A stretch of 34,225 nt of DNA from Octopus bimaculoides (taxonomy: Eukaryota), in assembly GCF_001194135.2 (NCBI RefSeq), contig NC_068985.1, positions 95,921,638-95,955,862 of the forward strand. The letters are read 5' to 3'. Shown piece after piece: positions 22,108 through 32,794 of the stretch (its first letter is position 1; each line of letters starts with the position of its first letter). The notes below the pieces were generated by a model. The model searched no databases. It was not told where the DNA came from and saw nothing but the letters and a program-made list of their open reading frames with translations. A program made the translations under genes and the position numbers.

Positions 22108-22280
22108 AGCTGTATTTCGTCTGTTTTTACGTTTCTGAATTCAAATTCCAACGAGATCGACTTTGCCTTTCATCCTTTCGGCGTCGATAAATTAAGTACC
22201 AGTTATGTACTGGGGTCGATGTAATCGATTAGCCCGCTTCCTCAAAAAAATTTCAAGGCCTTGTGCCTACAGTACAAGGA
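22108..22280 (+). mobile_element. SINE family B, 5'-truncated
   Basis: tttcgtctg...ttcaaattccaacgagatcgactttgcctttcatcctttcggcgtcgataaattaagtaccag...tttcaaggccttgtgcct. Confidence 0.85.
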
Positions 22281-22475
22281 ATAATAATAATAATGATAAT
22301 AATAATAATAATAATAATAATAGTTGTTGTTGTTGATGTTGTTGCTACTGCTGCTGTTGTTGTTGTTGTTGTTCTTATTCTTATTCTTCTTCTTCTTATT
22401 ATTATTATTATTACTACTACTACTACTACTACTACTATTATTATTATTATTATTATTATGATAATGATGATGATG
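22281..22475. repeat. Compound trinucleotide tract TAA-GTT-GCT-GTT-CTT-ATT-ACT-ATT-GAT
   Basis: Direct reading; lies between two SINE B copies. Confidence 0.92.
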
Positions 22476-22686
22476 ACGAGGCAGAATCGTTACCGCGCCG
22501 AACAAAACGCCTAGTAGAATTTTTTTTTTTTTCGCTTTACCTTCCGAGATCAGATGGTGCCGAAGCGAACTTTGCTATCATCTTTTTGTAGGTCGATAAA
22601 ATAAAAACCAATCAAGTACATGTATCGACGTAACTGACTTGCATTTTCTCACCAACATTAACTGGCCATGAGCCAAAATTTGACAC
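22476..22686 (+). mobile_element. SINE family B, highly diverged
   Basis: ggcagaatcgtta...actttgc...ggtcgataaaataa...ggccatgagccaaaatttga. Confidence 0.6.
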
Positions 22687-22761
22687 AGTTACGATCGTCT
22701 GATCGAGTGCGCATGAGTGTAGATGTGCGCGTTTGAATGTGTTTATATACATATGTATGTA

Positions 22762-22833
22762 CAATAGTACCTCGGTTTTCGAACAACTCCATTTATTCGT
22801 GATCAGAATTGTTCGAACACCGAGGTACTACTC
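22762..22833. mobile_element. Tiny Tigger-like MITE (hairpin)
   Basis: TA|caatagtacctcggttttcgaacaa ... ttgttcgaacaccgaggtactact; arms nearly complementary. Confidence 0.65.
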
Positions 22834-23004
22834 TGTGTGTGTGTGTGTATAATTCTTACAGATATAGGGTAAACATTAATAATTAATTGATAATACCAAG
22901 TGGTTCGGTGTGTTAAAAGACCATTATCGGTAAACTTATATAAAAGTTTTATAATTATAAACATAATTAAAAATTTAGGGTTCAGCAAGGATTGCTTCAC
23001 CACA

Positions 23005-23036
<32 letters not shown>

Positions 23037-23560
23037 TNNNNNNNNNNNNNNNNNNNNNNNNNNNNNNNNNNNNNNNNNNNNNNNNNNNNNNNNNNNNNNN
23101 NNNNNNNNNNNNNNNNNNNNNNNNNNNNNNNNNNNNNNNNNNNNNNNNNNNNNNNNNNNNNNNNNNNNNNNNNNNNNNNNNNNNNNNNNNNNNNNNNNNN
23201 NNNNNNNNNNNNNNNNNNNNNNNNNNNNNNNNNNNNNNNNNNNNNNNNNNNNNNNNNNNNNNNNNNNNNNNNNNNNNNNNNNNNNNNNNNNNNNNNNNNN
23301 NNNNNNNNNNNNNNNNNNNNNNNNNNNNNNNNNNNNNNNNNNNNNNNNNNNNNNNNNNNNNNNNNNNNNNNNNNNNNNNNNNNNNNNNNNNNNNNNNNNN
23401 NNNNNNNNNNNNNNNNNNNNNNNNNNNNNNNNNNACCTACACCTTAGCCCGTTCATGACGTCTGATGTGGCTTTTTAAACCAGATAATGTTTTGAAAAAA
23501 CACCCACACAGATTGCACCTCTGATTTGAACTATCAATACCTGCAGGTAAGTTCTGTTCA

Positions 23561-24039
23561 TTGTGGATCCTAACATGTCTTTTAAGACCCCCATTGGATT
23601 TGCAAACCCTCTGGCATACACCCCATTCAAATGATCCATTTGAATTTAAAATGCTTCAGTTTCCAGTCAAACTAAGTTTTGGTATTTCAATTAACAAAAC
23701 TCGGGCTCAGTCTCTCAACGTAGTTGGACTTGATCTCTCTACTACATGCTTTTCCCACGGCCAACTCTATTTTGCTTACTCACGAGTTGGAAACAGCAAC
23801 AATCTATTCATTTGGACACCAACAAAAAAATTACTCACTGAATATTATTTTACCCTGAGGTGTTTCAAGATTGACAGATTTTCAGCTCTAAATTCTATTA
23901 TCATTACAATTTGAATATTTTAAAATAAAATGCAGATATTTTAAAATAATTATGAGAAAAAAATATATCTTCATATTCGTTGTTTACTAATCTGAATAAG
24001 AACAGCAGCAACCCAGACAATGCGGGGTAATTCAGCTAG
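23561..24039 (+). mobile_element. Helitron 3' end: PIF1 helicase C-terminal remnant plus terminal hairpin and CTAG
   Basis: ORF 23561-23914 contains DPFEFKMLQFPVKLSFGISINKTRAQSLNVVGLDLSTTCFSHGQLYFAYSRVG (PIF1 motifs V-VI, degraded); degraded hairpin cccagacaatgcgggg at 24012-24027 then CTAG (24036-24039) followed by T. Confidence 0.88.
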
Positions 24040-24113
24040 TATGTATGTATGTATGTTATCAATCAGTTTCATTTCTGTATTTCTTGTCCATAGAGAAAGA
24101 GCCGGACTCTAAC

Positions 24114-24144
<31 letters not shown>

Positions 24145-25430
24145 TGTAGGTAGGTTTGAGCGTGGCTTATAAATAACATGCTGTTGAGTGTGTCCATTGA
24201 ATATCCCTAGCGAAGGCAATGACCTATCAACGCAAAATCCGTAAGATAGCCATCGATAAAGTATGTTTTCATGCCTCTCAAATAATAATCGGGCCTTCGG
24301 GTAGTTTTCCAAGTGATCTTCAAAGGTCGTTGCTATAATAGCATATACCGTTGTTGTTGTTGTTGTTGTTGTCGAGCGTGTGCAGCGTACATTACTAAAC
24401 ACCCAGCTAATGCTTTGTATGTTTCTGTTATATTAGCATCCCAAAATAAAACAGTTTTCATTCGGAAAATGTGGAAATCTATCGCGCCTCGTTTGTCATT
24501 TATCTAAGAGACAATCTTAAATTTATTGACTCACTCATGGTATCAAAAATCGATATCTTATAAAGCATTTTTTTTTTTACTATCAAATTTGCTATTTATT
24601 ACAAACAACTTCATACACACATACATAAACATACGCACACAAAAAAACCCCGAAAAAACAAAACATGACCTCCACTCAAAATGCCGTGTTTCCAATAATT
24701 CTAAATTTCACTTTTTATAGAGAGATGGAAGTCAAATTTCACTCATCGCTTTTCAACTTTCCATTACTGACAGAAGTAATGGTCTTTTTTATTGCACGCA
24801 CACACGTACGCGCGCGCGAGCACGCACGCGCACACACACACACACACACACAAACAAACGCACACACACACATGCACACACACACATTTGAGTATTTATC
24901 TATGTATATATGTGTATACCTATGTGTGTGTGTATGTATGTATATATGTATGTATGTGTGTGTGTGTGTATATGTATATATATATGTATATATATATATA
25001 TATATATATANNNNNNNNNNNNNNNNNNNNNNNNNNNNNNNNNNNNNNNNNNNNNNNNNNNNNNNNNNNNNNNNNNNNNNNNNNNNNNNNNNNNNNNNNN
25101 NNNNNNNNNNNNNNNNNNNNNNNNNNNNNNNNNNNNNNNNNNNNNNNNNNNNNNNNNNNNNNNNNNNNNNNNNNNNNNNNNNNNNNNNNNNNNNNNNNNN
25201 NNNNNNNNNNNNNNNNNNNNNNNNNNNNNNNNNNNNNNNNNNNNNNNNNNNNNNNNNNNNNNNNNNNNNNNNNNNNNNNNNNNNNNNNNNNNNNNNNNNN
25301 NNNNNNNNNNNNNNNNNNNNNNNNNNNNNNNNNNNNNNNNNNNNNNNNNNNNNNNNNNNNNNNNNNNNNNNNNNNNNNNNNNNNNNNNNNNNNNNNNNNN
25401 NNNNNNNNNNNNNNNNNNNNNNNNNNNNNN

Positions 25431-25463
<33 letters not shown>

Positions 25464-25481
25464 GCGACTAACTTTCAATTC

Positions 25482-25606
25482 CGTCTGCCAAATCCGTTCT
25501 CAGGCCTGGAGTTACAGTGGAAGATACTTGCCGAAGCTACCACCCAGTGGAACTGAACCCGGAACAATGTGGTCGAGAACCAACCTTTTTTTACCACATG
25601 GCCATA
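25482..25606 (-). mobile_element. SINE family A, degenerate 5' fragment
   Basis: ttccgtctgccaaatcc...gaagatacttgcc...cagtggaactgaacccggaacaatgtgg...ttaccacatggcca. Confidence 0.7.
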
Positions 25607-26488
25607 GATATATTCTCTCAGACAAAAACCGCAGCATGATGTCTTTTTATGGCGAATATACGTTAAGCCTGATACGTGGACGGTTATTTTAATTTAACGC
25701 CATTTCAGTTGTGTGCACAGAATTTCTATTCTGTCCGGCAAGCTTTCCACGATATCAGTGAACGTATTATTCGCTATTTCCTAAAAGTCAGGGTCGAGAA
25801 ATTTTGTCTAAGCATCTGACGAGCGAGTGTATGTCACTGACTAGGCTCAAGAAAGCCGAAATGCATCCGGCGTTCTCTTGGGCTATTGCTGTGGTGATGT
25901 TCATCTCGTTCCAATATATATTGTGTTTTAACCGATGGAGAAATTTTCAATCAAACAGAACTTATAGCAGCAAGCCTTTCAACAGTGTATATACATTTAT
26001 TTTAATCCACAGATGGCGATTATAATTTAATTCTGTGACCGCCTTTGTTCAGAATATCTGAGATTACATTATACAGTATATCAAGTCATGTACAATTTGA
26101 GGGAAAATTCAGCTGTTATTTCTGGAAGATCAGGTAAGACATAGAAGTTTCTCGTTCGCTCCTCGACCTACTTCAACATTTTGTTGTTGTGGTGGTGGTT
26201 TTGTTGTTTTTCTTCTTTATTCCTTACCAGTCCTGACAGAGCAATTCCAACAATGACCATCCCATCTTTTTTCCCTCGGGTATCGTATGTCTAGGACTGC
26301 ATTATCTAATATGTCTCCCTCTTTCCAAAATGATAAGTGTGTAGGTGCAGTTACCTCCCTTGACAGCGGGTTCAAACAAGTTGGCCATATATATAGAGGG
26401 CGTTACGCAATATTAAGGTTCAGACAGACACTCATCTCTGCCTCTTTCTGCACTGGGACGCGAGCTGAGCTATAAAGACGCAACCTGA

Positions 26489-26827
26489 CTGGCTCCGGAC
26501 GATTCTTCACCACATTTTTCCTGCTGCAAGTTTGAACACCTGCTTCTGCCTTTTTCTGAAGGAACCATTCTCTGCGATGTTTCTACCGGGTCACCACGTC
26601 CCCTCGTTCCTGAATGTCACCATCGTGCTGTTTTTGAAGCACTGCATTCACTGTCACACCCCAGCATTGCGACCACAGTAAAGCTTATCTCGGCCCGCTT
26701 TTTCTGGCCGAATATGTGTCGGTCTACTACTACTTGGTCACGTGCCTGTTTACCATGTCAGCGTTCCAAGGTGCATCGTCGCGTGAATGACACCTTCGGA
26801 CATATTGGCCACTTCGGATTTAATTGA
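26489..26827 (+). pseudogene. Gypsy integrase N-terminal H2C2 zinc-binding fragment (no ATG, so absent from the ORF track)
   Basis: Open frame LAPDDSS...LPFSEGTILCDVSTGSPRPLVPECHHRAVFEALHSLSHPSIATTVKLISARFFWPNMCRSTTTWSRACLPCQRSKVHR; H-x3-H ... C-x2-C; homology stops near 26780. Confidence 0.9.
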
Positions 26828-27066
26828 ACTCTGCTTTAAAGATTGGAACTTTTCCTTGCCTGCGCATTGCATTGCATTTCAATTGTCTGTTTTTCTTTCA
26901 CCTTTCTTTGCATATCACTTCCTTTTTCAGGACCCTACCTATGTATGTACATATTTTTTGAACATTGTGTATATTATATGTTACTTGTTTCAATGTTCAT
27001 ACACGCATGCACCACATTCTAGGATTTTAGTTGCTTTCTCATTGCTCCTGCATACTAGCACCTCCA

Positions 27067-27185
27067 GCCTCAGCAAGCGACCCACCACTCTTGCAGGTTT
27101 ACAACACTAGCCTCTGCAAGCGACCCACGGCTCTTGCAGACTAACAATACTTTTTCCTACTACAAGCGACTCACTGCTCTTACAG
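27067..27185. repeat. Three imperfect tandem repeats inside the Gypsy 3' region
   Basis: caagcgac(c/t)cac..ctctt(g/a)cag in units at 27067-27096, 27110-27139 and 27163-27185. Confidence 0.85.
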
Positions 27186-27305
27186 GCAAAGTCTTGGTAC
27201 TGCTCATGTCTCAGCAGCCAACATTGCATCTCAAGCACTTTGACTTTTGCATCCTGTGATTTCCAGTTTCCTGGACAGCTATTATCACGTTTGCATATCA
27301 AACGT

Positions 27306-27625
27306 GGAGGCGCAATAGCCCAGTGGTTAGGGCAGCGGACTCGCGGTCGGAGGATCGCGGTTTCGATTCCCCTGACCGGGCGTTGTGTGTGTTTATTAAG
27401 CAAAAACACCTAAAAGCTCCACGAGGCTCCGCCACGGGATGGTGGCGATCCCTGTTGTACTCTTTCGCCCCAACTTTCTCTCACTCTTTCTTCTTGTTCC
27501 TTGAGTAACGTTGCGATGGACTGGCGTCCCGTCCAGCTGGGGGGGGGGGGGACACATACGCCATAGAAACCGGGAAACCTGGCCCATGAGCCTGGCTAGG
27601 CTTGAAAAGGGCGCATAAAAAAAAA
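27306..27625 (+). mobile_element. SINE family C (tRNA-like head ggaggcgcaat..cccagtggttagggcagcggactc), tail type 1, nested in the Gypsy element
   Basis: A/B boxes (cagtggttagg; gtttcgattcc), poly-A 27617-27625, TSD atatcaaacgt (27295-27305) and atatcagacgt (27629-27639). Confidence 0.92.
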
Positions 27626-27630
27626 TATAT

Positions 27631-27668
27631 ATCAGACGTACATTTCTTAACTTTGCCTCGTCAGTGAC
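27631..27668 (-). ncRNA. Degenerate hammerhead-like motif
   Basis: Minus strand: gtca-CTGACGA-ggcaaagttaa-GAAA-tgtac-GTC-tgat; stem I tca/tga, stem II decayed, stem III one change from the ACGTACGT palindrome. Confidence 0.35.
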
Positions 27669-27935
27669 TGTTCCAGAGAATAGACTTATGTTGTTATAGC
27701 CAACACATTCACATTTTCTCTCTTCCTGTATCATTGTACATATATGCTTTGTTCTATTTGATTGGACACCTTTCGTTCCTGAACGTCTTTCCTTGTACAT
27801 ATTTGTATTATATATATATATTTTTTCAATTGTTCATGCAACTGTGTTGCCAAGGTTCGTTCTTCTGTGCTTTCCTTGTGCACACTCCGCCTACACTACT
27901 ATTAATCGACCGCTTCCGGTCTAAGAGAGGGCCTC

Positions 27936-28345
27936 TGTAGGCGCAGTACCCCCCCCCCCTTGACAGCAGGTTCAAACAAACTGCCCATATAGAGAAGGCG
28001 TTACGCAACATTAAGGTTCAGACGGTCACCTTTGCCTTTTTCTGCACTGGGACACGAGCTGTAAAGACGCAACCTGACTGGCTCTTTCTCATACCACACG
28101 CCAGCTTGCAGGTTGAAGCAAAACATAGACCATGGCCTCTACGCACCAACCATTCCTTTTTATCATTCCGTTGTGTATATACGTGTGGCCACAATAAATG
28201 TATTTAAAGTTACAACTTTGTTTATATGTTCTTTATCCGGGTTTACTACCAAACGAGATTACAGCCTTCTGACAACAACCTACACTTCCATAAGTGTAAT
28301 TCGAGAGGAATGCGGTTGCTGTTTATAGTAGATCAAGCAACCACA
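27936..28345 (+). repeat. 3' LTR (TG...CA)
   Basis: Starts TG after the purine tract; catataga at the position of the 5' copy's tatatataga; aataaa at about 28194; candidate end ...aaccaca at 28345. Confidence 0.6.
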
Positions 28346-29065
28346 TATACGCTCCTAAAGGAAAAAGGCAAAGGTGACCGTCTGAACCTTAATGTTTGCC
28401 CTTCACCATACCTCCATATTAATTTTGCTTTCGCTGTCATCGTCGTCGTTCTTTAGCCAACGTATACCCCCTCTCCAAAAGTACAATTTGAAAGAAATCC
28501 AGCTGCTATTTCTAGCAGACCGCGCGACAAAGTGGATACTACGCCATCGTTGGCATGTCACTATGTCTTCAATGCACAGCAGTAACAATGTGTAGGCGAA
28601 GAGAACAGTCTGAATATTAACCGATATAAACACTAACAGCAGTGTTAGTTTCACGAACGAAGGCTGACGACGTCCATTAGTCATAAAACTACAAATAAGT
28701 CCACTAATACGCCGTGCATTGTTAGGTCCTGGATACAATCATAGGCTGTACATATTTATCGATATGGATCTATATCCAATATTGCGGTGAAAGTAGCTTT
28801 GACTGGTCATGAGTTGTCTGTAAAATTAGTATTCGCTAACGCCGTTGCTGATATATATATATATATATATACACACACAAACGTACGAAGATATATACAC
28901 ATAAGTTCATATGTACTTGCATGCATACATAAACTCAAACGTTATGCTGGGGCACCATGTGTGTGTCTGTGTGTGTATCTGTGTGTATGTATGCGTGTGT
29001 ATGTGTGTGTATTTGTGTGTATACACACCGACGAATTTATGTTTATAATGGATAGACAGACAGGC

Positions 29066-29081
29066 AGATAGATAGATAGAC

Positions 29082-29147
<66 letters not shown>
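29066..29147. repeat. (AGAT)n microsatellite
   Basis: Direct reading. Confidence 0.95.
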
Positions 29148-29148
<1 letters not shown>

Positions 29149-30033
29149 GTTTCTTATGAGTACAGAAATAAGTATTGCTGAATATGGCGAAGCTATAGAG
29201 AGATGTTTAAGTGGTGGGTGGTGTATTTAACGTTTTCTCTTACAACACATTACACACACACACACACATACACGCGCGCACACACACACATACACACACA
29301 CAGAGGCGAACAGCAACACCCACATATCCAAACTTACAGTCACGTGATGTCAAAACTTCAGTCGAGGATGTCAAACACATCCTCACAAAAACGTAGTCAC
29401 ATGCACACACAAACATATANNNNNNNNNNNNNNNNNNNNNNNNNNNNNNNNNNNNNNNNNNNNNNNNNNNNNNNNNNNNNNNNNNNNNNNNNNNNNNNNN
29501 NNNNNNNNNNNNNNNNNNNNNNNNNNNNNNNNNNNNNNNNNNNNNNNNNNNNNNNNNNNNNNNNNNNNNNNNNNNNNNNNNNNNNNNNNNNNNNNNNNNN
29601 NNNNNNNNNNNNNNNNNNNNNNNNNNNNNNNNNNNNNNNNNNNNNNNNNNNNNNNNNNNNNNNNNNNNNNNNNNNNNNNNNNNNNNNNNNNNNNNNNNNN
29701 NNNNNNNNNNNNNNNNNNNNNNNNNNNNNNNNNNNNNNNNNNNNNNNNNNNNNNNNNNNNNNNNNNNNNNNNNNNNNNNNNNNNNNNNNNNNNNNNNNNN
29801 NNNNNNNNNNNNNNNNNNNNNNNNNNNNNNNNNNNNNNNNNNNNNNNNNNNNNNNNNNNNNNNNNNNNNNNNNNNNNNNNNNNNNNNNNNNNNNNNNNNN
29901 NNNNNNNNNNNNNNNNNNNNNNNNNNNNNNNNNNNNNNNNNNNNNNNNNNNNNNNNNNNNNNNNNNNNNNNNNNNNNNNNNNNNNNNNNNNNNNNNNNNN
30001 NNNNNNNNNNNNNNNNNNNNNNNNNNNNNNNNN

Positions 30034-30103
30034 GCTTTGAGACCGCGACCTGTTCACTGACAAAATTCTGTGCTGGTCAGTGAACAGGTCGCGGTCTCAA
30101 AGC
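30034..30103. repeat. Perfect 28-bp inverted repeat starting at a gap edge
   Basis: gctttgagaccgcgacctgttcactgac (30034-30061) and its reverse complement (30076-30103), 14-nt spacer. Confidence 0.95.
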
Positions 30104-30203
30104 GACGAAAATATTTTGACAAATTAAATTTAAATGTTGAAGTGAATCTAACGGATTTTGTGTGTTATTTTAAATGGCTTATAAACACCTTCCACGCTGC
30201 AAT

Positions 30204-30241
<38 letters not shown>

Positions 30242-30596
30242 AGAGTGAAAAAACTACAGAAGGCTTGTGTTACATGGTTAAAGTATATATTTAAATTATG
30301 TCAGAAAAATGTTAGAAAAATGTTAGAAAATCTTTTTGGTATATAAACATTGTATTTTGAGAAATAACCGGTTTCGTGTTGTCTTTTCAAATTTCTCTAC
30401 TTCATTGTATCGTGTTCGCTTATACATACATACCATACATATTTACCTACCTACCTACAAACATACATACCTATGTACTATATATATATGTGTGTTTGTA
30501 CATATGTATATATATATATGTATGTGTATGCATACACACATCGTTTGTAAAAAACATAAATTCGAAAGAAAAAGCACACTCTAAGATGTGAAGCAG

Positions 30597-30799
30597 TATA
30601 TATTAAAAATGGTGAAGGCCGGTTTATAAGATTACCCGTTTATGGGTTTCCCGTCCATAAAGGGTTTAGCTTTATGGAGTATGGTCTGTTGGGTCAACAG
30701 GTTTTTGGGATTTGACGATATGTTATAAAGCTAAACCCTCTATGGACAAAAAAACCTAAGGTAATCCCATAAACCGGCGTTCCCCATTTTTAATATATA
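30597..30799. mobile_element. Foldback MITE with nested inverted repeats
   Basis: Outer arms 30597-30636 and 30760-30799 match 36/40; inner arms 30653-30675 and 30725-30747 match 22/23; superfamily not assignable. Confidence 0.8.
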
Positions 30800-30843
30800 G
30801 AGCGATATTCTTCCTCCGTCTTCCTTTCTATTGGTCTTTCCTC

Positions 30844-30881
30844 TGTTTCTGAAGAAGAGCGTCTGCTCGAAACGTTAAACA
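30844..30881 (+). ncRNA. Minimal type I hammerhead ribozyme (best candidate, GUU site)
   Basis: tgttt-CTGAAGA-a-gagc-gtct-gctc-GAA-ACGT-T-aaaca: 5-bp stem I, 4-bp stem II, one extra A after A9, stem III is the 4-nt palindrome ACGT. Confidence 0.7.
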
Positions 30882-31439
30882 ATCTTTCTTTCCTTTCCTG
30901 AGCGTCTGCTAATACTTTACATGTACCACGTCCTCGCGTTGTTGTTTTCTGGTGTTTGTTCTTCGTTTTTTTTTNNNNNNNNNNNNNNNNNNNNNNNNNN
31001 NNNNNNNNNNNNNNNNNNNNNNNNNNNNNNNNNNNNNNNNNNNNNNNNNNNNNNNNNNNNNNNNNNNNNNNNNNNNNNNNNNNNNNNNNNNNNNNNNNNN
31101 NNNNNNNNNNNNNNNNNNNNNNNNNNNNNNNNNNNNNNNNNNNNNNNNNNNNNNNNNNNNNNNNNNNNNNNNNNNNNNNNNNNNNNNNNNNNNNNNNNNN
31201 NNNNNNNNNNNNNNNNNNNNNNNNNNNNNNNNNNNNNNNNNNNNNNNNNNNNNNNNNNNNNNNNNNNNNNNNNNNNNNNNNNNNNNNNNNNNNNNNNNNN
31301 NNNNNNNNNNNNNNNNNNNNNNNNNNNNNNNNNNNNNNNNNNNNNNNNNNNNNNNNNNNNNNNNNNNNNNNNNNNNNNNNNNNNNNNNNNNNNNNNNNNN
31401 NNNNNNNNNNNNNNNNNNCAAAATGTCGAGATAAAATGT

Positions 31440-31816
31440 TGGCACTCCGTCGCTTACGACGTCGAGGGTTCCAGTTGATCCGATCAACGGAACAGCCTGC
31501 TCGTGAAATTAACGTGCAAGTAGCTGAGAACTCCACAGACACGTGTACCGCTAACGTAGTTCTCGGAGATATTCAGCGTGATACAGTGTGACAAGGCTGA
31601 CCCTTTGAATTACAGGCACAACAGAAACGGGAAGTCAGAGTGAGAGAAAGTTGCGGCGAAAGAGTACAGCAGGGTTCGCCACCATCCCCTGCCGGAGCCT
31701 CGTAGAACTTTAGGTGTTCTCGCTCAATAAACACTCACAACGCCCGGTCTGGGAATCGAAACCGCGATCCTATGACCGCTAGTCCGCTGCCCTAGCCACT
31801 GGGCGATTGCGCCTCC
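31440..31816 (-). mobile_element. SINE family C, tail type 2
   Basis: Head (about 31625-31816) is the reverse complement of 27306-27490; the 3' half is unrelated to the 27306 copy. Confidence 0.9.
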
Positions 31817-32032
31817 ACCGAGATAAAATAACTGAAGGTTAAAAGCCTTATGAATATGACTCCCTATTTTTTAATACATTAATAACGCATATTGTATTTT
31901 TTGTCGGAATGCCAAGCTTGTTTGTGCTTTAACTGTTGCACATCCTATGGCGCATGCTTATGCTTTCCATGTCGTCTGGCTTCATTAGACTATAGTTTTA
32001 GTTGCATGCTTGATGAATATAGAGTGCTGGAC

Positions 32033-32133
32033 CAGGGATGTCAAACCAGTTTGGCTTTGCAGGTCGGAACTGGAAAACCGAATAAATCTTACCCGGCGAG
32101 TAGAGTTATTTGTATGGTAGGCCGAACTAAACC
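32033..32133. mobile_element. hAT-type transposon end fragment
   Basis: cagggatgtcaaac resembles the CAGGGGTGTCAAAC hAT terminus; no partner TIR found. Confidence 0.45.
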
Positions 32134-32270
32134 TATAAAAGGGATCAATAAACATTAGAAAAAGTCTATCAACAATGAAGAAAAGAACGAATATGAGGCG
32201 TTAGAATTTCTGTGCAGAGATGTGGGGAAACTCATTCACGTGATATAAATATAGCCATGATAGATCAGTG

Positions 32271-32272
32271 TC

Positions 32273-32347
<75 letters not shown>

Positions 32348-32660
32348 GGGAGAGAGATAGAGAGAGAGAGAGAAAGAGACGAGATAGATAGAGAGGGCGT
32401 AGAGAGATGAGATAGACAGAGAGAGAGAGAGATGAGATAGACAGAGAGAGAGAGAGATATAGATAGAGAAACGAGAGAGTAGAGAGAGAGAGAGAGATAT
32501 GGATAGACAAACGAGAGAGGAGAGAGAGAGACGATAGAGAGAGAGAGACGATAGAGAGAGAGACGATAGAGAGAGAGAGACGATAGAGAGAGAGACGATA
32601 GAGAGAGAGAGATGGATAGAGAAACGAGGGAGTAGAGAGAGAGAGATGATAGAGAGAGAC

Positions 32661-32699
<39 letters not shown>

Positions 32700-32716
32700 G
32701 AGAGAGAAAGAGAGAC

Positions 32717-32751
<35 letters not shown>

Positions 32752-32789
32752 TAGAGAGAGACGAGATAGATAGATAGAGAGAGAGAGAG
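32271..32789. repeat. (AGAT)n grading into a (GA)n-based higher-order satellite
   Basis: Repeating (GA)4-6CGATA units at about 32522-32610 and recurring gatagagaaacgag blocks. Confidence 0.92.
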
Positions 32790-32794
32790 GAATA

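Larger units (their letters stand above)
26340..28345 (+). mobile_element. Internally deleted Ty3/Gypsy LTR retrotransposon
   Basis: Two homologous LTR starts tgtaggtgcag (26340) and tgtaggcgcag (27936) aligned over about 150 bp; integrase fragment between; purine tract aagagaggg (27923-27931) just before the 3' LTR; the right boundary (28098 or 28345) is uncertain and no TSD was found. Confidence 0.8.

Noticed and set aside
24109-24402. 97-aa minus ORF with a second overlapping open frame
   Set aside because: Starts in a CAA microsatellite, has no recognisable domain and only weak splice signals
27306-27380. tRNA-like A/B boxes as a tRNA gene (also 16054, 18573, 20550, 31816)
   Set aside because: These are SINE heads that continue into SINE bodies, with tails and a TSD where visible
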